Shown: in pieces, positions 20,425 to 28,325 of the stretch
How positions within the stretch are numbered: the first letter of the stretch is position 1
Layout: every line of letters begins with the position of its first letter
Origin: Candidatus Methanoperedenaceae archaeon
GTDB lineage: Archaea; Halobacteriota; Methanosarcinia; Methanosarcinales; Methanoperedenaceae
Direction of reading: 5' to 3'
Length of the DNA stretch: 64,000 nucleotides
NCBI GenBank assembly: GCA_963753595.1
Contig: CAVWCX010000001.1
Location: 64,001-128,000, forward strand
Position numbers and translations under genes: made by a program
The notes under the pieces: model-generated
Told to the model about the DNA's origin: nothing
Databases searched by the model: none
What the model saw: only the letters and a program-made list of their open reading frames with translations

Positions 20425-21990
20425 ATGAATTCCAATATAGAATCCATCAACAAAGAATTTAATGCTAATATTCTTGATGTTTCCACATCACATAATGAAA
20501 CATATCTCACTGTAAAAAAAGAGATAATCGTGAAAATGTGTGACTATATTTATCACCATCTGGATCTTCCCCTCATTTCTCTTTTTGCCACGGATGAACG
20601 CAAAATTGATGGTTCTTTTAAGATCCATTATGTTTTTTCAGTGGACAAAGAAGATGCATTCATAATTTTAAGAATAAATATCGATGAAAAAAATCCTACA
20701 TATCCATCTATCACAAATAAGATCGCTGCTGCTAACTGGTATGAACGGGAGATACAGGACCTGTTCGGCTTGATACCAATGGGGCATCCTGATCCGAGAA
20801 GGCTTATGAATTTTGAGGACTGGCCTGCCGGATTGCATCCCCTCAGGAAGGATTTTGATATCAAAACAAAACCCCCCAGGGTTGAGGGTGAATATATCTA
20901 CCGCCGTGTGGAGGGTGAAGGTGTATATGAGATACCCGTAGGACCTGTGCATGCCGGTGTAATAGAACCCGGGCATTTCAGGTTCAGCGTAGCAGGTGAG
21001 CCCATACTCAACCTTGAGATCAGGCATTTCTACACTCACAAAGGAGTTGAGAAACTATTTGAGAACATCTCTATCGATAAAGCCGTTTTTCTTGCAGAAA
21101 GGGTTTCCGGCGATAACTCAGTTGCTCATGCAGTGGCTTTTTGCCAGGCAATGGAAAAAATCGCTGGCATAAACATCCCGCCACGCGCAAAGCATATCAG
21201 GACAATTCTTCTGGAACTTGAGCGGATATACAATCACCTTGGTGACATTGCCGGGATCGCGACAGATGTGGCTTTTTCATTCGGCGCAGCGCATGCGAAC
21301 AAACTAAGGGAAGATGTATTGCAGTTAAACGAACGTGCCACAGGAAGCAGGATGCTTCGGGGAATGAACACAATCGGTGGCGTGCGGCGGGATATCGGTG
21401 ACCGGAAAGATGAAATCCTTCTTAGCCTCTCAATTATCCAGCGGGATTTCAGGAAATTGATGGAACACCTTACTTCGACCCCATCACTTATGGACAGGAT
21501 AGAAACAACAGGGCGTCTCTACAATGATATAGCTAAGGGATTGCATGTAGTTGGGCCGGTTGGACGAGCTTCAGGGATCGACAGGGATATGCGGCGCGAC
21601 CACCCTTACGCTGCCTACAGGGAATTCAATTTCAAAGTAATTGTTTTAAAAGCAGGTGATGTGCTTGCAAGGACCATTGTAAGGGCAGATGAAGTGTGTG
21701 AATCTGTGGCATTGATAGAACAGGCGCTCTGGTCACTTCCCGAAGGGGACATAAAAGTAAAGGTTGATGAAATCCCTGACGGTCAAGCACTTGGGATTTG
21801 CGAAGCACCAAGGGGAGAAACAATTTACTGGATAAGAACTTCAGGGAATAAGATCGAAAGATGCAAAGTCCGTGACCCGTCCTTCTGTAACTGGCTATCC
21901 ATAGAGTATGCTGTACTTGATAATATCGTCCCGGATTTTCCGATCATAAACAAAAGCTTGAGCTTGTCTTATTCAGGCAATGATATGTAG
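20425..21990 (+). CDS. Ehr large subunit (NuoC+NuoD/HyfG-like fusion) lacking the NiFe-binding cysteines
   Basis: WYEREIQDLFG, GPVHAGVIEPGHFRF, ERVSGDNSVAH in place of RxCGxC, NKSLSLSYSGNDM in place of DPCxxC. Confidence 0.9.
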   Translation: MNSNIESINKEFNANILDVSTSHNETYLTVKKEIIVKMCDYIYHHLDLPLISLFATDERKIDGSFKIHYVFSVDKEDAFIILRINIDEKNPTYPSITNKIAAANWYEREIQDLFGLIPMGHPDPRRLMNFEDWPAGLHPLRKDFDIKTKPPRVEGEYIYRRVEGEGVYEIPVGPVHAGVIEPGHFRFSVAGEPILNLEIRHFYTHKGVEKLFENISIDKAVFLAERVSGDNSVAHAVAFCQAMEKIAGINIPPRAKHIRTILLELERIYNHLGDIAGIATDVAFSFGAAHANKLREDVLQLNERATGSRMLRGMNTIGGVRRDIGDRKDEILLSLSIIQRDFRKLMEHLTSTPSLMDRIETTGRLYNDIAKGLHVVGPVGRASGIDRDMRRDHPYAAYREFNFKVIVLKAGDVLARTIVRADEVCESVALIEQALWSLPEGDIKVKVDEIPDGQALGICEAPRGETIYWIRTSGNKIERCKVRDPSFCNWLSIEYAVLDNIVPDFPIINKSLSLSYSGNDM

Positions 21991-21998
21991 GTGAAATA

Positions 21999-22337
21999 AT
22001 GCTTGAAATACTTAAGAAAACCATTAAAACCGGCTGCCAAACAACGAAATATCCCGCTGTACCTGATATTGCGCCGGAGGGATTTCGCGGAAAACCGGAG
22101 TTCACTTCCAATAATTGTACCTATTGCGGTGAATGCGTCAAAGCCTGTCCGCCTGGTGTTATCCTGCTTAAAGAAAAAAGCGGCGAAAAGACGCTTTCAT
22201 TATCATATTGCGGCTGCATATTCTGTGGAAGATGCGAGGAAGTATGCAAATACGGTGCCGTCAGGCTTACACAGGAATATGAACTCGCATCAAAGACAAA
22301 AGAAGACCTTGTTACCAGTATCCGGAGAAAGTTATGA
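21999..22337 (+). CDS. 2x[4Fe-4S] ferredoxin subunit (HyfH/NuoI-like)
   Basis: FRGKP, CTYCGECVKACP, CIFCGRCEEVC. Confidence 0.9.
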   Translation: MLEILKKTIKTGCQTTKYPAVPDIAPEGFRGKPEFTSNNCTYCGECVKACPPGVILLKEKSGEKTLSLSYCGCIFCGRCEEVCKYGAVRLTQEYELASKTKEDLVTSIRRKL

Positions 22338-22822
22338 CCGTTGAAGATGAAATAGAGATCATGGGGCAGCGCCTGAATGATAAAATAAGGAATATATTCG
22401 GGCGCTCACTGCATATTCGGGAGGTAGATGCCGGCTCATGCAATGCATGTGAGGTGGAGGTGAATTCGCTCTCAAATCCGATATACGATATCGAGCGATT
22501 CGGTCTTCATATTGTGGCTTCACCGCGCCATGCAGATATGCTTATTGTCACAGGTCCTGTGACGCGGAATATGGAATTAGCTCTTCTTAAGACATATAAT
22601 GCCACACCAGCACCAAAACTTGTCGCCGCAATGGGTTCATGTGCCTGCAACGGCGGGATTTTTGGCGATACTTACGCAAGCTTGGGCGGAGTTGATAAAA
22701 TTATTCCCGTTGATGTGTATATTCCGGGGTGCCCTCCAAGACCGCAGGCTGTGATTTTTGGACTTATGGTGGCACTTGATAAACTTGAGCAAAAAATCAA
22801 AAAGACAGAGGTCTTATCATGA
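22334..22822 (+). CDS. Ehr small subunit (HyfI/NuoB-like)
   Basis: GSCNACEVE, ASPRHAD, GSCACNGG, PGCPPRP. Confidence 0.92.
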   Translation: MTVEDEIEIMGQRLNDKIRNIFGRSLHIREVDAGSCNACEVEVNSLSNPIYDIERFGLHIVASPRHADMLIVTGPVTRNMELALLKTYNATPAPKLVAAMGSCACNGGIFGDTYASLGGVDKIIPVDVYIPGCPPRPQAVIFGLMVALDKLEQKIKKTEVLS

Positions 22823-23253
22823 CCCATTATGAGATACTCCTTGCTACAGATGGCAGTGATTATGGGAGAAAAGCAGAGATAGCAGCTATGAAGATCACAA
22901 AATCCTACAATATCAAAATGGCAGCTATATATGTTGCTGTAGCAAAGAAGGATTCAGAGAGGGAGGAACTTGTATCACATGGTGAGGAAGTATTGGGGAG
23001 GGTCGTGGAAATGGGGGATGATATGGGCATAGATGTCCATAAAATACTTGTTGGGGTAAGCATGCAGCGGATCCCAAAGATGGGAGCCCGCGCAGAAATC
23101 ATCGCGCATGCGATACTTGAAGCTGCTGAAAAATATAAGGTCCATACGATCGTCATGGGCGGCGAGGGTGAGACCGAGATAAATCCGGAGCTTGGGAGTG
23201 TGGCGCAGGCTGTGGTAAAAATGGCAAAATGCACGGTGCTTGTGGCGAGATAA
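22819..23253 (+). CDS. Universal stress protein
   Basis: ILLATDGS, IVMG, LGSVAQAVVKMAKCTVLV; ATGA overlap with the small subunit. Confidence 0.88.
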   Translation: MTHYEILLATDGSDYGRKAEIAAMKITKSYNIKMAAIYVAVAKKDSEREELVSHGEEVLGRVVEMGDDMGIDVHKILVGVSMQRIPKMGARAEIIAHAILEAAEKYKVHTIVMGGEGETEINPELGSVAQAVVKMAKCTVLVAR

Positions 23254-23282
23254 CCTGGAGCAAAATCCCTATAGTTTATCTT

Positions 23283-23669
23283 TCACAACTTTTTGAGAAT
23301 CCTTAATGCCAGGTATGCCGCATTCTCACCATTATCTATTCCCACACAAGCGACAGGGACTCCTTTTGGCATCTGGACTATTGATAAAAGCGCATCAAGT
23401 CCGCCAAGTTTTGAACTTACTGGAACGCCTATTACAGGTTTCTTTGTCCGTGAGGCGACTATCCCGGGAAGAGCTGCAGATAATCCTGCAATTGCAATGA
23501 ACACCTGCGCATCACTATTTTGTATATAATCCTCAAGCTCTGCCGGATTCCTGTGAGCGGAAAGAACCTGAATATCATAATCGATACCTGCATTATCCAG
23601 CACTTTTATTGTTTTTTCGGCGATTTGGCGGTCTGATTCCGATCCTATCAGTATTGCAATATTAACCAT
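23283..23669 (-). CDS. purE: N5-CAIR mutase / AIR carboxylase
   Basis: [41 protein letters not shown]; start MVNIAIL at 23669. Confidence 0.95.
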   Translation of the reverse strand: MVNIAILIGSESDRQIAEKTIKVLDNAGIDYDIQVLSAHRNPAELEDYIQNSDAQVFIAIAGLSAALPGIVASRTKKPVIGVPVSSKLGGLDALLSIVQMPKGVPVACVGIDNGENAAYLALRILKKL

Positions 23670-23765
23670 AGATATTAATGGTTGATTAATACTTAAAATC
23701 CTTTTGAGAAAAAAGCTTTTAGAGAGGTGAGGGGGGAAGACCAATCCCGCCCCCTTTATGGCATC

Positions 23766-24026
23766 TCACTCTTCTTGATCATCATTACAAGGTTTAGCGT
23801 GTCTTGTAAACATTGAAAGCCACATTGCATACTTTCCATAGGCCATAATGGCGCTATTCGGGTAAGCAGTTTCATTTATGTATGTGGAGTCTTGCCCCAG
23901 TTCGGCAGTATCCTGGAAATTTAACATCATCGCCCCATTTTCTTGAAAAACAAGTGAAATGTTGATATTTTGTGTTTCATTTGGCTGGATCTGGATAGAT
24001 GTGATATATTTTGGAACATCTTTCAT
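23766..24026 (-). CDS. Hypothetical protein
   Basis: 86-aa ORF with a strong GGAGGAG RBS, coupled to the upstream small ORF. Confidence 0.6.
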   Translation of the reverse strand: MKDVPKYITSIQIQPNETQNINISLVFQENGAMMLNFQDTAELGQDSTYINETAYPNSAIMAYGKYAMWLSMFTRHAKPCNDDQEE

Positions 24027-24027
24027 A

Positions 24028-24165
24028 TTACTCCTCCTGTGCGCATTTTAAATAATAATAAACAGCTTTTGAAATCGCTTCCTTTACTGAGGATTCTCCA
24101 GTTTTTGTTTTAAGAGCAATCACATCCTCCTGTGGAAGTACTGATTGAACGTGAACATATTTCAT
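24028..24165 (-). CDS. Uncalled 45-aa DUF5371-like small protein (ribbon-helix-helix-like)
   Basis: Manual translation MKYVHVQSVLPQEDVIALKTKTGESSVKEAISKAVYYYFKCAQEE; GGAGG/AAGGA RBS; below the ORF-track cutoff. Confidence 0.7.
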   Translation of the reverse strand: MKYVHVQSVLPQEDVIALKTKTGESSVKEAISKAVYYYLKCAQEE

Positions 24166-24335
24166 TCCTTAATTCCTCCGAATGCTACTAAACATATTAT
24201 AATCATAATAATGATACTAATGATGTATAAAGCTTTCGATGGAAAATCTTCCCTTTGAAATTTGACTTATCAAAAACTTAATATGCAAGGTAAGGTATTC
24301 ACCTGCAAAATTGAGGTAGCAGAGGATATTATTGA

Positions 24336-25067
24336 ATGATTGGACGATTTAAATACGATAATGAAGTGTTCAAAGGGGTCGTCAAGGGAGAGCGCGTTAT
24401 AGTTGAAAGGGGGCTTTATAGTGATACTTTTGTTCTATCAGAGTTAGAGATATTGCCGCCAACAATCCCGAGTAAAATAATCTGCGTGGGATTAAACTAC
24501 ATGGATCATGCCCGGGAACTGGAAATGACGATACCGGAAAAACCTTTGATTTTTCTAAAACCCCCGTCTTCAGTAATAGGTCATCTAGGGAAAATTGTTT
24601 ATCCTGGCACGGTAAAACGAGTTGATTATGAAGCTGAACTTGCTGTTGTAGTAGGCAAGCGCTGTAAAAATGTTCCCTCCATGGATGCAGGTAGTGTAAT
24701 TATGGGATATACGTGTTTCAATGATGTAACGGCCAGGGATATCCAGAAGGAAGATGGACAATGGACACGGTCAAAAAGTTTTGATACTTTTGCTCCCACA
24801 GGTCCTTTTATAATGGATCAGGGACTGGATATTAGTGACCTTTCTATCAGGACAAGGGTAAATGGAAAAGTAAGGCAGGATTCAAGAACTTCCGATCTTA
24901 TTTTTAGCGTACCTGAATTGATAGAGTTCATTTCCAATATAATGACTCTTGAGGCCGGTGATATCATAGCTACAGGCACGCCTCCGGGTGTTGGTGAATT
25001 ATATGCCGGGAATGAGGTTGAAATTGAAATTGAGGACATTGGAGTATTGAAAAACAGTGTTGTTTGA
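24336..25067 (+). CDS. Fumarylacetoacetate hydrolase-family protein
   Basis: KIICVGLNY.DH, FLKPPSS, DYEAELAVV, NDVTARD, KSFDTFAP, GDIIATGTP.GVG. Confidence 0.93.
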   Translation: MIGRFKYDNEVFKGVVKGERVIVERGLYSDTFVLSELEILPPTIPSKIICVGLNYMDHARELEMTIPEKPLIFLKPPSSVIGHLGKIVYPGTVKRVDYEAELAVVVGKRCKNVPSMDAGSVIMGYTCFNDVTARDIQKEDGQWTRSKSFDTFAPTGPFIMDQGLDISDLSIRTRVNGKVRQDSRTSDLIFSVPELIEFISNIMTLEAGDIIATGTPPGVGELYAGNEVEIEIEDIGVLKNSVV

Positions 25068-25193
25068 TAGAGACCAAATATAATCATTGAATATTGGATA
25101 TTAAAAAATAAAACCTATCAATTGTATCCTCTCGTTTTATTAAGAATGAAATCAATAAAAGTATCAAATAACAAGCGAAAAGGTGAATGAATA

Positions 25194-25352
25194 ATGTCGG
25201 ATGTATATGATAATGTATGGGAAACCAGAAAGCGTAAGCCTCCTGCAAGGGAAGAAAAAAAACTCCAGGAGGTAAAACCACCATCCACAGACCGGGACAG
25301 GTTAAATGATACAATTGAGCGAAGAAAAAAGAATGTTTATGGGATGAAATAA
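25194..25352 (+). CDS. Uncalled 52-aa charged small protein
   Basis: MSDVYDNVWETRKRKPPAREEKKLQEVKPPSTDRDRLNDTIERRKKNVYGMK; AGGTGA RBS upstream, T tract downstream. Confidence 0.55.
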   Translation: MSDVYDNVWETRKRKPPAREEKKLQEVKPPSTDRDRLNDTIERRKKNVYGMK

Positions 25353-25382
25353 CTTTTTTTATTTAGATCAGGGGGTATTCAT

Positions 25383-26090
25383 ATCGTAGAGGTTTCAATC
25401 GTACTTCCTGCTTATAACGAAGCGAAACGAATTGAAGGAACTGTTGAAAGAACGGCAGCAGCTCTATGCGAAATCACCTCATCTTTTGAAATAATAATAG
25501 CTGAGGATGGCGCCATTGACGGCACAGATAAAATATGTGAATCTCTTGCAAGAAAATATAATTTTGTGATGCATCTGCACTCGGATGAACGCCAGGGAAG
25601 GGGACGAGCCCTGAACCGGGCATTCAAGGCATCAAAAGGAGAAATCCTTGGATATATAGATGTAGACCTTGCAACTGATATGGATCATCTAAAAGAGTTG
25701 ATACAATACATCCGTGATGGATATGATTTTGCCACTGGCTCACGGATGCTTCCGGAAAGCAATGTCAAGCGGCCTTTAAAAAGAGGATTTGCAAGCAAGG
25801 GTTTCAATTACCTGACGCGCCTGGTGCTTGGTTCGAAACTCTATGACCACCAGTGCGGTTTCAAATCCTTCAGGCGCGAAGCCTTATTTTCGCTCATGGA
25901 TGATATCAAAGATACCCACTGGTTCTGGGATACCGAATTGTTCGTGAGGGCACAGCGCAAAGGATTCAAAGTAAAGGAATTTCCGGTTGTCTGGAAACAT
26001 GGCGGCACAACCAAAGTCAATCTTGTGAAGGATGTATTCGGAATGGGATCCCAGGTATTCAGGTTATGGTATGAATTCTTATGGGATTGA
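25383..26090 (+). CDS. GT2 dolichol-phosphate glycosyltransferase (AglD/DPG-synthase-like)
   Basis: Frame extends upstream of the called GTG to VEVSIVLPAYNE...IIIAEDG..DGT; YIDVDLATD, DHQCGFK, WFWDTE; apparent ATC start after GGGGGT. Confidence 0.88.
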   Translation: MVEVSIVLPAYNEAKRIEGTVERTAAALCEITSSFEIIIAEDGAIDGTDKICESLARKYNFVMHLHSDERQGRGRALNRAFKASKGEILGYIDVDLATDMDHLKELIQYIRDGYDFATGSRMLPESNVKRPLKRGFASKGFNYLTRLVLGSKLYDHQCGFKSFRREALFSLMDDIKDTHWFWDTELFVRAQRKGFKVKEFPVVWKHGGTTKVNLVKDVFGMGSQVFRLWYEFLWD

Positions 26091-28267
26091 ACCTGTTTGA
26101 TATTGCGATCTGGTGGCTTGTTTTAGAGCTTATCGGTTTTTTAACCCTTCCGATTTCGTGTTATTTTTGCCGGAATTTAAAAGATTCAGGCTATTGTATT
26201 TCAAAACCGCTTGGATTACTGCTCGTTACATATATTAGCTGGATAATTTCTATTGTTATCGGTTATTCTTATATTTCCGTAATGCTTTCATTGGTTGTTA
26301 TAGCTGCATTATCGTTCTGGATATATATCAAAAAAGGATTTGCTCATTTTGAAAAAAAATATATTATTAAATTTGAAGTAATGTTTTTACTTGCTTTTTT
26401 AATATTTGTATTGATACGCGCTTACAGCCCAGAGATTTATTGGACAGGTGGTGAGAAATTCATGGATATGACCTTCATTAACGGCATACTTCGAACCACC
26501 GGGTTCCCGCCTCCTGACCCGTGGATGTCAGGCACTGTGACATATTATTATTATTTCGGCTATCTTGTAGTTTCGAATTTGATAAATATTACCGGAATAT
26601 TGCCGTCGATAGCTTTTAATCTTGCTACCGCTTCTTTTTTTGCTTTATCTTTCACGACAGCTTTCGGTATCGGGTTCAATAGTACTGAAAGAATAAAGTA
26701 CGGGATCCTTACTGCATTTTTCGTTACTATCGCTGGGAATCTTGTGGGTTTTTACCAGATGGTGGATATTTTCAGAAAAGAAAACGCCATTAGCAGCATG
26801 CTTTCGTTTGATTACTGGACAAGTTCCCGCGTTATCCCCGATACTATCAACGAATTCCCATTTTTCAGCTTCCTCCAGGGTGACCTGCATCCCCATATGA
26901 TATCAATTACTTTCCAGCTTCTTGTAATTCTTCTTCTGCTGAATATAATGAAATCAAATTCTATTAAATCTAATTCTATTGATTGGCCTTTGATCCTGAT
27001 TGTGGGGCTATCCATAGGTTTTTTGTATCCATTGAATACGTGGGATTATCCGGTTTATCTGGTTCTGGCGATTACGGTAATCGGCTGCAATCAAATATTT
27101 AATTATCAAATTCATCAGATACGAATAAAATTTTATCTTACCTCATTTGCATCAATAACGGCAATGGCAGCTGTAAGTTATCTATTATATATACCATATC
27201 ATCTTTCATATAAAATAGATAAGACTATTTCATTAGTCCCTTCTGGCAGGACATCGTTGATATTTTATCTGGCTGTTTATGGATTATTCCTTTTCCTTAT
27301 TTACTCTTTTGTCCTGAGAAACACCTGGAATTTTAATAAAAAAATATTCAAGTTATCATTGACCCTGGCGGGAATAGGTATATTGATAACATTAATTGAG
27401 TTTCGGCAGTTTATTTTAAATACTTCGGCAAATCCAAAAACCAGTGAATTCGAAATTTTGATCCTACTGATACCGCTTCTTGTTATAACGGTACTTTCAA
27501 TTTTAAAAGAGAAGGATAAGAATAATGTTTTTATTTTGATATTGATTCTTGCGGGTGTATTCACATCCCTGTTTTGTGAATTTTTTTATATCCAGGACGC
27601 TCTGGGAAGTGGTGACTCAACATATATCCGCTTGAACACTGTTTTTAAATTGTATCTCCAGAACTGGGTATTTTGGGGCATATGCGCCGGTTATATCGTA
27701 TTCCAGCTGCGTGATCATTTCAAATCAAAAAAAGCATGGGGGGTAGCAGCTGTCACTCTCATCCTGCTGGTTTCCATATATCCTGTTTTTGCTACTATCG
27801 GAAAATCCGGAAGTTTCAGGGGTGTTCCTGAACTTGACGGCATGGCGTATGTGGAAAAAGAGCATCCACAGGACTACCAGGCGATATTATGGTCCATGAA
27901 TATCACAGGGCAGCCCGTAATCCTCCAGGCGCCGGGTGAATTATACCATTGGAATACTGCCATAACAACCTTTACAGGACTTCCGACAGTAATAGGATGG
28001 GCCGGGCATGAACTTAACTGGAGATTCCCGAAAAGGAGTGAAGTAGATATGCGCTGGTCTGATGTCGGTAAAATATACACATCGAGTGATATTAGCGAAG
28101 CAGGGGGGCTTTTGAGAAAATATAATGTTTCTTATGTTTATTTTGGTGAGGCTGAGGCGAAACGATTTGGCAGTCCGAACCTTTTTGAGGAACATCCTGA
28201 GGTGTTTGAAAAGGTGTTTGAATATGGGGAAGTGCGGATTTTCAAGCTGAAAAACATAGAGTATTGA
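26081..28267 (+). CDS. DUF2298 (YYY-motif) polytopic membrane protein, GT-C-like
   Basis: GEKFMD, PPPDPWMSG...YYYYFG, TINEFPFFSFLQGDLHPH, NTWD, NTVFK, TGLPTVIGW.GHE. Confidence 0.85.
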   Translation: MGLNLFDIAIWWLVLELIGFLTLPISCYFCRNLKDSGYCISKPLGLLLVTYISWIISIVIGYSYISVMLSLVVIAALSFWIYIKKGFAHFEKKYIIKFEVMFLLAFLIFVLIRAYSPEIYWTGGEKFMDMTFINGILRTTGFPPPDPWMSGTVTYYYYFGYLVVSNLINITGILPSIAFNLATASFFALSFTTAFGIGFNSTERIKYGILTAFFVTIAGNLVGFYQMVDIFRKENAISSMLSFDYWTSSRVIPDTINEFPFFSFLQGDLHPHMISITFQLLVILLLLNIMKSNSIKSNSIDWPLILIVGLSIGFLYPLNTWDYPVYLVLAITVIGCNQIFNYQIHQIRIKFYLTSFASITAMAAVSYLLYIPYHLSYKIDKTISLVPSGRTSLIFYLAVYGLFLFLIYSFVLRNTWNFNKKIFKLSLTLAGIGILITLIEFRQFILNTSANPKTSEFEILILLIPLLVITVLSILKEKDKNNVFILILILAGVFTSLFCEFFYIQDALGSGDSTYIRLNTVFKLYLQNWVFWGICAGYIVFQLRDHFKSKKAWGVAAVTLILLVSIYPVFATIGKSGSFRGVPELDGMAYVEKEHPQDYQAILWSMNITGQPVILQAPGELYHWNTAITTFTGLPTVIGWAGHELNWRFPKRSEVDMRWSDVGKIYTSSDISEAGGLLRKYNVSYVYFGEAEAKRFGSPNLFEEHPEVFEKVFEYGEVRIFKLKNIEY

Positions 28268-28325
28268 ATAAAACCCAAACCGTTAAAGCTTTTTAGTAAT
28301 AGGTTGTGCAAAGCCAGGAATAATA

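Noticed and set aside
20425-21990. Functional [NiFe] hydrogenase-4 / formate hydrogenlyase
   Set aside because: All four Ni-binding cysteines are absent; no fdh or maturation protease nearby
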